Shown: positions 40,624 to 55,317, numbered from the stretch's first letter. The stretch is DNA of 64,000 nt from Eledone cirrhosa (GCA_964016885.1 OZ024762.1:8184001-8248000); one strand, 5' to 3'. Notes: a model not told the origin generated them from the sequence alone. Numbers and translations: made by a program.

Positions 40624-41142
40624 TTTACCCTTTCATTACCATAGTTCTAATGAAAGACACTGTCTATGTCATTAACCCTTTCATTAGCATATTTCTAATG
40701 AAAGACACTGCCTATGTCATTAACCCTTTCATTTCCATAATTCTAATGAAAGACACTGCCTATGTCATTAACCATTTCATTACCATATTTCTAATGAAAG
40801 ACACTGCCTATGTCATTAACCCTTTCATTACCATATTTCTAATGAAAGACACTGCCTATGATTTTCAAATCATTTTGAAAATAATCAACAATTTCAAAAG
40901 ATTTAGTGATATAACAAACCTTCTTAAAAGATTTAGTGATATAACGAACTTTCTCAAAATATTTAATAATATAACAAACTTTCTCATCATTGAGCTGGTC
41001 TTTGGAACATCACATAAGAAATGTTCTTAGATAAAATTACGATGGAAGGTTTTTAAATAAATATAAACAGTTTAACGGAAACATGTTTTTAATTCATTAA
41101 ACCTGGGTGCAATTTAAAGCAGGCAACTATCAAAAGGGTTAA
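40624..41142. mobile_element. piggyBac-type MITE whose 48-bp left end is tandemly repeated five times
   Basis: ttaaccctttcattaccatatttctaatgaaagacactgcctatgtca x5; right end aaaagggttaa. Confidence 0.7.
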
Positions 41143-42568
41143 ACTAAAGATGTGTTGTTTAGTGTGTTTGGTACAGTTTGGTCAGCAAACTGAACTGTTT
41201 GGTGTTTGTTTGGAGAGAATTAACAAAATTCTTTAACTCTCTCCATCTGTTTCTCTGTCTCTCTGTCTGTCTATTTCTCTGTCTTTCTCTTCTTCTCTCT
41301 CCTCTCTCTGTGCCTTTCTCCCCCCTCTCCTCCTCTTCTCTCTAGGTATATATTTGCTTGCCAATCATACTCTTTTTCTCTCTCCCTGTTTATCTCTACC
41401 TCCCTCTCTCTCTTCCAACACCTTCTCTCTCTCTCTTGCATTCTCCCCCTCTCTCTCTCTCTTTCTACACCTTCGCTCTCTCTCTCTTTCTACACATTCT
41501 CTCTCTTTTTCTCTACCCCCCCCCCTCTCTGGCTCTCTTCGCCCCTCTCCCTATATATATATAGTTGCTAATCATCTACAAATTCTTCCTTCCAACACAG
41601 AGATCAATGAGATATTGACTACTACCACCACCACCACCACCATTACTACTACTTCTAACACCACCACTATTACTACTGCTACTGCTGCTAATTAGGGATC
41701 AATATAGTTTAGAAATTATTTCAACCTTATCAATAATAATTTTGTTTAATAATCCCTTTGGGGGGTGGCATGGGGTGAGGTGGGGGATGGTTATGTGTGT
41801 GTGTCAGTGTGTGAGTGTCTTAGTGTCTAATAGTCTGTGTATGTATATCTCAATGTATCTTAATATGTGTGTATTTCAAGGTGTTCATGTATGTGTGTGT
41901 TAGTATGCATGTATGTGTGTGAGAGTGTTAGTATGCATGTGTGTGTGTGAGTGTTAGTATGCATGTGTGTGTCTGAGTGTTAGTATGCATGTGTGTGTGT
42001 ATGCATACATGTGTGTGAGCGTTAGCATGCATGCGTATGTGTGAATGGGTATGTGCTGTATGCAGAATAGAGTGTGTATGTGTCTAAGTGTATATGTGTA
42101 TGTCTGTGTATATATGTCTATGTATACATGTATGTTTGTGTACATATCTGGATATGTGTCTGTGTGTATGTGTCTGGGTGTATGTGTGTGTGTGTATATG
42201 AGTTTGGGTGTATATGTGTATGTGTCTGAGTGTATATATGTGTATGTGTCTGAGTGTATATATGTGTAAGTGTCTGGGTGTATATATGTGTTAGTGTTTG
42301 GGTGTATATGTGTAAGTCTGGGTATACATGTGTATGTGTTTGAGTATATATATATGTGTCTGTGTATATATATATATGTGTCTGTGTATATATATATATA
42401 TATACTATATATATTAGTTATGTAATAAACAACATAAGATAATTATTTCATTTACCAGTGGTTTCTTGAAAGCAAACAAATTTGCTTTCAAGAAACCAAT
42501 AATAAGCTCTGTAACCTACATAGAGCACTCTTTTTTCCTGGACCTTTCCGACGGAAAGTACCTCACTA

Positions 42569-42599
<31 letters not shown>

Positions 42600-42877
42600 T
42601 ATATATATTTCGTTTCTGAATTTGTTTAGCAAGATTCTTTGTCTGAAAACGTGTGTTGAAACCGATATTGTTATACTTTGGGAGGGTCATGTTGCCAATA
42701 AGAAACACCCGCACCAGTTGCTTTCACTCCAATTTATTATAAATTAAATTTATAAATTTAAGAAATTTGTAAATTTCAAGCTGGTTGGTTGGTTCCACAA
42801 CCGGACGGCTGTTCATAAAAACAAGATGGCGTCATACAGAACAAAGGAGAGGCACAAAACAAAGAAAATAATCCCCA

Positions 42878-42920
42878 GTCACTGAAGAGCTCACAGAATG
42901 TGTGACGAAAGAACTTTGAC
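42878..42920 (+). ncRNA. HHR family E
   Basis: guca CUGAAGA G c UCACA gaaug UGUGA C GAAA gaac UU ugac; ATTAAA downstream, then a TA tract. Confidence 0.65.
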
Positions 42921-43007
42921 AATATGTGAACAACCGTCAGTACTTTATTAAAGCCCCTTATTGTACAGCCAACCATGTTACTCTTCATTCTTTAACTATA
43001 AATATAT

Positions 43008-43790
43008 ATACATGGCAGTGAGACATAGGCATTACGTGCAGAGGACCTGCGTAGACTGGAAAGGAACGAAGCATGCATGCTCTGTTGGATGTGTAATAGT
43101 AATATACGTGAACGGCAAAGCATAAATGAACTAAGTGAGAAATTAGGAATAAGAGGGATCAGATGCTGTTTACTCGAGAGAAGACTACGTTGGTATGGCC
43201 ACGTGATGCGCATGAAAGATGACAGCTGTATAAAAAAGTGCAGGGCGATCAAAATTGATGGTAGTTACGGAGTAGGTAGACCCAGCAAAACCTGGGATGA
43301 TCTCATAAATTCCGACCTTACACACTTGCACCTCTCTAAGACAATGTCACTGGACCGAGATCTTTGGCGCTACACAGTAATACAGAAGACTGTATTACTG
43401 CGTAGCGCCAAAGATCTCGGTCCAGTGACATCCACTACCCCTACCTTATCCTCCCACTCCCACCAACACCACCCTCTCTCTATAAAGTTGGTACCACAAC
43501 ATCCAGTCCAAATAAATGAGATAATGAGATCGAGATCATGTAGGTGTCACTTAGAAAAAACACAGTCCACGCTGTAATGTGGCCGTGTAGGTAACACGGT
43601 AAAAAGTTCCCAGTTCCACACTGTAAATGTGGTTGGTGTTAGGAAGGGCATCCAGCCATAGAAAACCTGCCAGATAGTCCTATATGGGCGAGACACGGTC
43701 ACCTGACCAACCTTGCTTCAAGTGGGACAACTCCCGACTAACCCATGCTAGCGTGGAAAATGGACGTTAAACGAAGATGATGATGATGAT
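43008..43790 (+). pseudogene. 5'-truncated RTE LINE with 3' UTR and tail
   Basis: HGSET*ALRAEDLRRLERNEACMLCWMC...RRLRWYGHVMRM...GRPSKTW...DRDLWR, then tail and (GAT)n. Confidence 0.85.
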
Positions 43791-43795
43791 ATATA

Positions 43796-44128
43796 TGGCT
43801 TAGTGGTTAGAGCATTGGCCTTGCAATCGAAAGGTTGTGAGTTCAATTCTCAGACCGGGTGATGTGTTGTTTCCTTGAGCAAGACACTTTATTTCACATT
43901 GCTCCAGTTTACTCAGCTGTAGAAATGAGATGATAGGGACTGGGGTCCATATCATTCCACTGCAAAGTAGTCGTGGAGGAGATGCCTCGGAAAAAAAGCA
44001 CCCAGCACTCACTGTAAATGAGGTTGGTGTTAGGAAGGGCATCCAGCTGTAGAAATCAAGGCCAGAATCGGTTCCCGTCCCACCTTTGCAAGCAGGGAAA
44101 AGCGGACGTAAAATGATGATGATGATGA
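43796..44128 (+). mobile_element. Family A CORE-SINE
   Basis: ggcttagtggttagagc head, CORE domain, (GAT)n tail. Confidence 0.9.
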
Positions 44129-44449
44129 TATATATCAATCTACCACCACCACCATCACTATCACTTTTGCTCAGCCACCCTTAAATCCACTCACAAATCA
44201 TCTTCCAGAATATGTATTTCACTGTGTGTGTGTACGCGTGTCTCTGTGTGTACGTGTGTACTTTCAATATTGTGTGTGTGTGTGTTTATAAGTGTATGTT
44301 TATATTTTATTACAGCTGTTGGTTTATATCAACATCAACTGTGCACACACACATACAAACACACACATATATATAGACATACACACACACACACACACTG
44401 ACTGGCGCCTCTCACCCTCTCTGCCTGGCTGTCTTTAACTGTCTCTGCC

Positions 44450-45147
44450 TCTATGTTTGACTGTCTGTATCCCCCCCCTTATCTCTATCTAGTTCTCTCT
44501 CTATGTCTGTATCCCCCCCTTATCTTTATCTATTTCTCTCTCTATGTCTGTATCTCTTTCCCCACCTTTATCTCTGTCTGTATCCCTCCCTTATCTCTAT
44601 CTATTTCTCTCTCTATGTCTGTATCTCTCCCCCCCTTATCTCTATCTATTTCTCTCTCTATGTCTGTATCTCTCACCCCACCTTTATCTCTATCTAGTTC
44701 TCTCTCTCTCTCTGTCTGTCTGTATCCCTCCCTTATCTCTATCTATTTCTCTCTCTATGTCTGTATCTCCCCCCCCCCTATCTCTATCTAGTTCTCTCTC
44801 TCTCTGTCTGTCTGTATCTCTCCCCCCCCCTATCTCTATCTAGTTCTCTCTCTATGTCTGTATCCCCCCCCCCTTATCTCTATCTAGTTCTCTCTCTATG
44901 TCTGTATCTCTCTCCCTCCCTTATCTCTATCTATTTCTCTCTCTATGTCTGTATCTCTCTCCCCACCCTTATCTCTATCTAGTTCTCTCTCTCTCTGTCT
45001 GTCTGTACCCCCCCCCCACCTTATCTCTATCTTGTTCTCTCTCTCTCTGTCTGTACCCCCTCCCTTATCTCAATCTAGTTCTCTCTCTGTCTGTATCTCT
45101 CTCTCTGCCCCTTTATCTCTAACTATTCCTCTCTCTCACTCTGTCTG

Positions 45148-45160
<13 letters not shown>
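44450..45160. repeat. Pyrimidine-rich ~40-45-bp minisatellite
   Basis: ctatgtctgtatctc(c)n ttatctctatcta repeated. Confidence 0.85.
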
Positions 45161-45185
<25 letters not shown>

Positions 45186-45211
45186 CACCTTTATCTTTAT
45201 CTATTTCTCTC

Positions 45212-46063
45212 TATATATTCCAATATTCCAATACTCCATATATTCCAATATTCCATATATTCCTATATTCCATATATTCTAATATTCCACGAAAAAGCAC
45301 CCAGCACTCACTGTAAATGAGGTTGGTGTTAGGAAGGGCATCCAGCTGTAGAAATCAAGCCAGATCAGTTCCTGTATGAGCAAGGCATGGTCAGCCGACC
45401 AGACACTGCCCACAACAGGACAACCCGTCTAACCCATGCTAGCGTGGACGAACGGACGTAAAACGGTGATGATGATGATGATGATGATGATTCCATATAT
45501 TCTTATATTCCATATATTCCAATATTCCATATATTCCAATATTCCAATATTCCATATATTCCATATATTCCAATATTCCATATATGCCAATATTCCTATA
45601 TTCCAATACTCCGTATATTCCAATATTCCATATATTCCAATATTCCATATATTCCAATATTCCATATATTCCAATATTCCATATATTCCAATATTCCAAT
45701 ATTCCATATATTCCATATATTCCTATATTCCTATATTTCAATATTCCATATATTCCTATATTCATACAATTTTCCATATATTCCAATATTCCATATATTC
45801 CAATATTCCATATAATCCTATATTCCATATAATCCTATATTCCAATATTCCATATAATCCTATATTCCATATATTCCTATATTTCAATATTCCATATATT
45901 CCAATATTCCATATATTCCTATATTCATACAATATCCCATATATTCCTATATTCCAATATTCCAATATTCCATATATTCCTATATTCATACAATATTCCA
46001 TATATTCCTATATTCCAATATTCCATATAATCCTATATTCCAATATTCCATATATTCCAATAT
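45212..46063. repeat. ATTCCAAT/ATTCCATAT short-period satellite
   Basis: Direct observation. Confidence 0.9.
45290..45490 (+). mobile_element. RTE/SINE tail fragment inserted in the ATTCC satellite
   Basis: gttggtgttaggaagggcatccagctgtagaaa...(GAT)n. Confidence 0.75.
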
Positions 46064-46069
46064 AGAGAT

Positions 46070-46340
46070 ATCAAGGAAGATCCGAGCAGAGGTTGTGAGA
46101 GCTGACCTGAAGTTCATAGTTGAGATGATGAAGGATTGTGATGTGTGGAGCGATAGTGTGCAGGAAAAAAACCCTTCCGTGGATGAGCTGATATCAAACT
46201 ATGATGATATATACACATACATACATATCTATCTAATCTAAGGCGGGTAAAATTCCCGAGATCCATGGACGAGTTCTCTCCAGCGGTCTCTGTCCCTCAT
46301 TATCGCTGCCATATCCTGCATCTCCAACAGACCAGTGTCT
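46070..46340. pseudogene. Two short LINE 3'-end remnants (46070-46210 plus; 46225-46340 minus)
   Basis: Plus: EVVRADLKF similar to 4740-4820. Minus: TDTGLLEMQDMAAIMRDRDRWRELV. A similar remnant (DELRNVMLDWDDWRK) is at 33850-33940. Confidence 0.5.
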
Positions 46341-46369
46341 GTCCTTAGGGCATTAACATATATATATAT

Positions 46370-46560
46370 AATTGTTTCTACTTTTGGCACAAGCCCAGCA
46401 ATTACTCCAGTACATTACTGGTACTTTATTTTATCGACCCCGTAAGGATGAAAGGCAAAGTTAACCTCGGTGGGATTTGAACTCAATCCGTAAAAGGACG
46501 TAAATCTGTGCCGCAAACCATGGTGTCCGACCCTCTACAGATACTGCCAATCAACCACCC
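46370..46560 (-). mobile_element. SINE family B
   Basis: Close match to 3137-3315. Confidence 0.8.
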
Positions 46561-46603
46561 TCCATATGTATATATATATATTATTTATTTATGTTCATAC
46601 ACA

Positions 46604-47194
46604 GAACAAAAGTGCTACCCAAGGTTTTAAGACCCAATATTGACCACCCCTTTATAAATATAAATATATATACATTACATACATTTATGCTTCATGTCTA
46701 TAACATAAGATGGCAGTAATGTAGAGACAACTGGCTTAATGGATTCTGAGGTATTTTAGGACAAGTGACCAGGAAACCATGTTGGTCCTCTGGAGGACAT
46801 TTGTCCTCAGCCAACTGGACTATTGCTCCCAGCTGTGGTCACCCCACAGTGTCAAACTTACTGCAGAACTTGAAGCAATCCAACAAAGCTACACCAAGAT
46901 TACCTTAACCTTTTAGCATTTACATTACTCTATATATACTATTGTATTTTCAAGGTAAACACTTTATCTCACATAATATTGAACCTACGAGATTTTGATA
47001 TTATTTATTGTGAGAACAATACCTTAACATAAGTATGAGCAGCTGGTTACAGCCGGTTTGAACAGAAAGAGGTGAGAGAATCCTGGCCGGATATGGGTGG
47101 TTTAAATGCTAAAGGGTTAATGAAGGAGCTGAACCACTGGGAGAGACTGAAAGAACTAGAGCTCTACTGCCTGGAGTGAAGACGGGAAAGATAC

Positions 47195-47266
<72 letters not shown>

Positions 47267-47332
47267 AAGATCCTTGTGTAGAAACCACGCTGTAAAATGG
47301 TTGGTGTTAGGAAGGGCATCCAGCTGTAGAAA
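46604..47332. repeat. Right copy of the inverted duplication (lacks the HHR element)
   Basis: Same flanks around an uninterrupted TA tract (47200-47263). Confidence 0.92.
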
Positions 47333-47715
47333 CCATACACCCAGTTAAGTGGTTGGTGTTACGAAGGGCAAGCAGCTGGAGAAACCACACTCCCAGTACA
47401 TGCTGTAAAGTGGTTGGTGTTAGAAAGGGCATCCAGCCGTAGAAACTATGTTCCTAATACACACTTTAAAGTGGTTGGTATTAGGAAGGGCATCCAGTTG
47501 TAGAAACCATGCTCTTAGTACACACTGTAAAGTGGTTGGTATTAGGAAGGGCATCCAGCCATAGACACCATCCTCCCTGTACATGCTGTAAAGTGGTTGG
47601 CATGAGAAAGGACATCCGTGTGTAGAAACCTAGCCAAAAGTTGAACATATGAACAAGTCTAGCCTCAAAAGTAACAACTCATCTAACACATGCAAACATG
47701 GAAAATCAACATTAA
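47285..47715 (+). repeat. About six tandem ~61-bp copies of the SINE/RTE tail motif, followed by the tail
   Basis: tgtaaagtggttggtgttaggaagggcatccagctgtagaaacca repeated. Confidence 0.8.
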
Positions 47716-48559
47716 ACGATGATGATGATGATGATTATGGTCTATATATATATATATATATACACATATTAAGAATAAGACATCGAAATTTCAATTCAAT
47801 ATATTTTATTTCTAATCATGGTTATATATTCAGTAACATAGCTTTAATCTGGATTTGGTATCCACATCAGACACTATGTCGATGACAATAAAATATATAT
47901 CTATATAGCCTCGCCTGTCTACACAGACACACCTCTTTCATTCAACTCATCTTTCAAACTCCTGGATTTTGTCCACCATGGAATGTGCACCACATGCACA
48001 CATGCAACCAACCACAACCAACAACCACACATCTCTGCCAAACATGCATACCAGTAATAAACACACTCACACATATGTATGAATACACATCTCCACCAAC
48101 AACATACTTAACACCCATACATAAACAAACGCACAATGATATGTGCACCCCACCTACGCACAAACACCCACTGCATGTCAGCCTCCTCCACCCCAACACC
48201 CCACAAGGACATCACACCACTTCCCCTCTCCACTCATTATTTTTTTTTATTTCAATTTTTTCTCACCTAATTAATTGTATTTTTTTTTTGCGGTTTTCTT
48301 TCCTTAAGCCTTTAGTGTTCAAACCAGCCAGAATTCTCTACCTCTTTCTGTTGAAACTGGCTGTAACTGGTCACTCAAACTGATGTTAAGGTATTGTTTT
48401 CAAAATCTCATAGATTCGATATTATGTGAGATAATTATGTAAGGTTTACCATTAAAATATAATAGTATATATAGAGTAATGTGAATGCTAATGGTTTAAC
48501 GTCTTGTTTACTATTTCCTATTGCGTCATTCTTGATGAAGGACAAATGCCCGATATGTT

Positions 48560-48745
48560 GCCCCACTTGAGGCAAGATTGATCAGGTGGCCATGCCTCAC
48601 TCAAATAGGACTCTGTATCTGGCAGGTTTTCAACAGCTGGATGTTCTTCCTAACACCAACCACATTTACAGTGTGAACTGGGAGCCTTTTTACCGTGTCC
48701 CCTACACAACCTCTTTACAGCGTGGACTGGGTGCTTTTTGTCGCG
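48560..48745 (-). mobile_element. Decayed RTE 3'-tail fragment
   Basis: Similar to the reverse complement of 43560-43730. Confidence 0.65.
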
Positions 48746-48846
48746 AAATATAATAGTACACTGGAGGGTTATATCCATAATAGTAGAGCACTCAGTCCAT
48801 GGGATGAGTTTGGTAGAAGTAGTTCCACAACAGTTAATTCACCATT

Positions 48847-48936
48847 ACCAAGAACAATTGTTTGACCTTATGCGGATCATCAGCTCGGTTTTAAAAAAAA
48901 CAAGCTGATGATCCGTATAAGGTGAAACAATTGTTC
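48847..48936. ncRNA. Back-to-back inverted pair of family F HHR motifs
   Basis: Minus: accgag CUGAUGA uCC..GGu cAAA CAAUUG UU cuuggu. Plus: CUGAUGA uCCguauaaGGu GAAA CAAUUG UU. Confidence 0.6.
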
Positions 48937-49034
48937 GAGATGTTAACATGAATGGATCTGTTATTTTTCTCTAAAAGCATTTCTTCCAATACCGCCCCGT
49001 CCGTCCCCTCAATCTATCTTATTTCTCATTCTTT

Positions 49035-49069
49035 CTTCTGATAAAGGACTAGCGTCCAAAACGTAAGAC
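49035..49069 (+). ncRNA. HHR family A, mutated tandem copy
   Basis: CUGAUAA and AAAA core mutations; first unit of an approximately 220-bp tandem dimer (48937-49362). Confidence 0.5.
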
Positions 49070-49252
49070 CCTCTTCCTGCTATATCAAGCGTTAACCTAA
49101 TATATACCTTCTATAGACTGTGCCAATTGTGTTGTAATCCCTGTTTACTTTTTATATACATACATCATGAATGGACTTGTTAATTTTATCTAAAGACATT
49201 TTTTCCAATCCCAACCTACTCGTCCCCTCAATCTATCTTGCTTCTCATTCTT

Positions 49253-49289
49253 TTTTCTGATGAAGGACTAGCGTCCGAAACGTTAAGAC
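49253..49289 (+). ncRNA. Minimal type-I hammerhead ribozyme, family A (intact)
   Basis: uuuu CUGAUGA a GGAC uagc GUCC GAAA CG UU aaga: 4-bp stem II, loopless self-complementary stem III, GUU site. Confidence 0.75.
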
Positions 49290-49362
49290 CCTCTTCCTGC
49301 TATATCAAGCGTTAACCTAATATATCCCTTCCATATACTGTACCGATTGTGTTGTTATTTCT

Positions 49363-49952
<590 letters not shown>

Positions 49953-50019
49953 ATAAATGAACCTGCATCAATTAGATTGTAGCGTTTCAGTGTTTCACCC
50001 AACAGAACAGCTTTCCCGT

Positions 50020-50215
50020 GAAATTAATTTTAAAGTGGCTGAGCATTATAAAAACATATGTACCTTTAACGAGAAATTCTCTATGACATGACACAATGAG
50101 TGACAAGGCTGGCTTTTGAATTACAGGCAGAATTCATTTTTGACAGCTGAGTAGATAGGAGCAATGTGAAATAAAGTGTCTTGATCAAGGACACATTGTG
50201 ATGCAGGGATCATAA
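50020..50215 (-). mobile_element. Decayed CORE-SINE
   Basis: cagctgagtagataggagcaatgtgaaataaagtgtcttgatcaaggacaca. Confidence 0.6.
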
Positions 50216-50317
50216 CATAGATACATGAATAAAAGATAGTTTCGACATTCTATGTAGTATGTGCATTTCTAAAGGAATTTATAACAGGGTGTTTAAAGAA
50301 CAAACCAAACTCACTGC

Positions 50318-51075
50318 ACACACACACACACACACATCACAGACTATGTTACATACATACATATCCCCCCCCACACACACACACACACATCACAGACTGT
50401 GTTACATACATACATATCCCCCCCCCCACACACACACATCACAGACTGTGTTACATACATACATATCCCCCCCCCACACACACACACATCACAGACTGTG
50501 TTACATACATACATATCCCACACACACACACATCACAGACTGTGTTACATACATACATATCCCCCACACACACACACACACATCACAGACTGTGTTACAT
50601 ACATACATATCCCCCCCCCCACACACACACACACATCACAGACTGTGTTACATACATACATATCCCACACACACACACACACACATCACAGACTGTGTTA
50701 CATACATACATATCCCACACACACACAATCACAGACTGTGTTACATACATACATATCCCCCCCCCCCCCACACACACACACACATCACAGACTGTGTTAC
50801 ATACATACATATCCCCCCCCCCCCACACACACACACACATCACAGACTGTGTTACATACATACATATCCCCCCCCCACACACACACATCACAGACTGTGT
50901 TACATACATACATATCCCCCCCCACACACACACACACATCACAGACTGTGTTACATACATACATATCCCACACACACACACACACACACATCACAGACTG
51001 TGTTACATTCATACATACACATCACAGACAATGTTACATACACACACACACACATCACAGACTATGATACATACA
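50318..51075. repeat. ~55-bp minisatellite with variable poly-C and (CA)n
   Basis: acatcacagactgtgttacatacatacatatc(c)n(ca)n, about 13 copies. Confidence 0.9.
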
Positions 51076-51417
51076 CATCCCACTATAATATATAGACATC
51101 ACACAATACATACACACACATACATACACACATACATACATACATACACACATATATACATACACACACACATGCATACACATAACACACCATGCATTAT
51201 CACAGAGCACATCTCATCATACACACACATAACAATACACAAAAACACAACACATACACACATGTATACATACACATACACACACACACACACAACACAT
51301 ACGTATACATACACATACACACACACGTGTATACATACACACACACACACACACACATCTAAGAGGCAACATTAGTAATATATACATTGATCAATAATTT
51401 AAAACAATTCCTCCATT

Positions 51418-53215
51418 ACCACCACACCACCACTACTACACCACACCACCACACCACCACTACTACACCACACTACCACACCACCACTACTACACCACAC
51501 CACCACACCACCACTACTACACCACACCACCACACCACCACTACTACACCACCACACTACCACACCACCACTACTACACCACACCACCACACCACCACTA
51601 CTACACCACACTACCACACCACCACTACTACACCACACCACCACACCACCACTACTACACCACACTACCACACCACCACTACTACACCACACCACCACAC
51701 CACCACTACTACACCACACCACCACACCACCACTACTACACCACCACACTACCACACCACCACTACTACACCACACCACCACACCACCACTACTACACCA
51801 CACTACCACACCACCACTACTACACCACACCACCACACCACCACTACTACACCACACCACCACACCACCACTACTACACCACACTACCACACCACCACTA
51901 CTACACCACACCACCACACCACCACTACTACACCACACCACCACACCACCACTACTACACCACCACACTACCACACCACCACTACTACACCACACCACCA
52001 CACCACCACTACTACACCACACCACCACACCACCACTACTACACCACACCACCACACCACCACTACTACACCACACTACCACACCACCACTACTACACCA
52101 CACCACCACACCACCACTACTACACCACACCACCACACCACCACACTACCACACCACCACTACTACACCACACCACCACACCACCACTACTACACCACAC
52201 CACCACACCACCACTACTACACCACACCACCACACCACCACTACTACACCACACCACCACTACTACACCACACCACCACTACTACACCACACCACCACAC
52301 CACCACTACTACACCACACCACCACTACTACACCACACCACCACACCACCACTACTACACTACACCACCACACCACCACTACTACACCACACCACCACAC
52401 CACCACTACTACACCAGCACTATTACACCACCACACCACCACTACTACACCACCACACCACCACACCACCACTACTACACCACACCACCACACCACCACT
52501 ACTACACTACACCACCACACCACCACTACTACACCACACCACCACACCACCACTACTACACCACCACACCACCACTACTACACCACACCACCACACCACC
52601 ACTACTACACCACACCACCACACCACCACTACTACACCACACCACCACACCACAGCTATACCACTACTACACCACACCACACAGCTATACCACACAGCTA
52701 TACCACTACTACACCACACCACCACACAGCTATACCACTACTACACACCACCACACAGCTATACCACTACTACACAGCTATACCACACAGCTATACCACT
52801 ACTACTACACACCACCACACAGCTATACCACTACTACACCACACCACACAGCTATACCACTACACAGCTATACCACTACTACACCACACCACTACAAAGC
52901 TATACCACTACTACACCACCACACCACACAGCTATACCACTACTACACACCACCACACAGCTATACCACTACTACACAGCTATACCACACAGCTATACCA
53001 CTACTACACCACACCACTACACAGCTATACCACTACTACACCACACCACACAGCTATACCACTACTACACCACACCACTACACAGCTATACCACTACTAC
53101 ACCACACCACACAGCTATACCACCACTACACCACACCACACCACATTACACAGCTATACCACTACTACACACCACCACACAGCTATACCACTACTACACC
53201 ACTACACCACCACTA
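51418..53215. repeat. C/A-rich ~21-bp satellite; a cagctata variant takes over after 52650
   Basis: accacaccaccactactacac repeats. Confidence 0.9.
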
Positions 53216-53308
53216 TGGCTGATGAAAACACAAGAGAACACTTTAAAAAGGATTCTTAGATATACTGGACAGTGGAAACTACGCTATGTGAGAGCTCCAT
53301 ATAGAGAT

Positions 53309-53339
<31 letters not shown>

Positions 53340-54247
53340 CACATACTCCATGTATAGAGTCACATATATATATAAACACACAACACACTCCATGTAGATA
53401 TTCACACTCATATATATACACACACGCCATGTATAGATTCACACACGCACACATATATATATATATATATACACACACACTCCATGTATAGTCACACATA
53501 CATATATATATACACATACTCCATGTATAGATTCACACACACTCCATGTTTAGCTTCAGACATACACATACATATATATATACACACACACTCCATGTTT
53601 AGCTTCACACACACGCATACATATATATACACACACTCCATGTTTAGATTCACACACACACATACATATATACACACACACTCCATACATATATACACAC
53701 ACACACACATATATATATACACACTACATGTTTAGATTCACACATACACACACGTACATATACACACACACTCCATGTTTAGATTCACATATATACACAT
53801 ACACATACACACATACTCAATGTTTAGATTCACACATACACATACATATACACACATACTCCATGTTTAGATTCACACATACACATACATATATATATAC
53901 ACACACTCCATGTTTAGATTCACACACACACACACACACATACATATACACACATACTCCATGTTTAGATTTACATATGTACACATACACTAAATATATA
54001 GATTCACATACATATATACACACACACACCATGTGTAGATTCACATACACAAACACACACACACACACATATATATATATACCCGATGCACACATTTATA
54101 TACATAACATATATATCACTAAGTACTTTTTAACATACGTTTACTATACTGGCATGGGTTTGATGAGTCGATCTTCGTAACATACACGCGCGCATGTGTG
54201 TTTGTGTGCCCTTAAATACTGTGCACACATACACATAAACTGTGTAT

Positions 54248-54323
<76 letters not shown>

Positions 54324-54466
54324 ATATATTGTGCACACATAAATATAAACTGTGTACACACGTACACACACGCATATATATTATATATATAACGAAGGAG
54401 TTGTGGTAAGGAGTACAGAAATAGCCGCCGAAACGGCTTGAGCTCTGCCGTCGGGGTCTTGAACAT

Positions 54467-54508
<42 letters not shown>

Positions 54509-54534
54509 TGTGAACACATACATATAAACTGTGT

Positions 54535-54567
<33 letters not shown>

Positions 54568-54588
54568 CTGTGCATACATACAAACTGT

Positions 54589-54642
<54 letters not shown>

Positions 54643-54790
54643 TGTGTATACATACATACAAACTGTACACACACACACACACACACATATATTGTGCACA
54701 CATACATATAAGTATACATAAACATGCTGGTCTTTAATTTTAGTAAAAATACACGATTATTACACACGAACTCGCATACATACAAACTGT

Positions 54791-54821
<31 letters not shown>

Positions 54822-54957
54822 GTGTATACACACATACAAACTGTACACACACACACACACATATATTGTGCACACATACATATAAGTATACATAAACATG
54901 CTGGTCTTTAATTTTAGTAAAAATACACGACTATTACACACGAACTCACAATATACA

Positions 54958-55027
54958 TATACGGCATGTTCCTCAAAAATGTATACATACTTTGACTAGA
55001 ATGCTGTTTTTTGGGGGACACCCTGTA
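54958..55027. mobile_element. Tc1/mariner MITE remnant
   Basis: Right end ttttttgggggacaccctgTA; decayed left end TAcggcatgttcctcaaaa. Confidence 0.45.
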
Positions 55028-55044
55028 TATATATATATATTATG

Positions 55045-55144
55045 TAAAACACATGGCAAACTAGCCTATAGTCGGAGTTTGCCGAAGCAATTAGGAATCT
55101 CCGAGTACCTTGGAATGTATAGGCCAGTTTACCATGTGTTTTAT
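55045..55144. mobile_element. 100-bp hairpin MITE with about 26-bp TIRs
   Basis: taaaacacatggcaaactagcctata / tataggccagtttaccatgtgttttta. Confidence 0.6.
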
Positions 55145-55257
55145 ATCTTATATATATTTACATACTATGAGAGTGTGAACGTGTGTATGTATTTATATAT
55201 GTGTGTGTGGTTGTCGGGTTCAATCGGGGGTAACCACAGTAAGTAAGGTACTCAATA

Positions 55258-55317
<60 letters not shown>

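Noticed and set aside
51387-53222. 611-aa His/Thr/Pro ORF (extensin- or mucin-like)
   Set aside because: C/A-rich satellite that lacks stops for compositional reasons; no signal peptide or splice support
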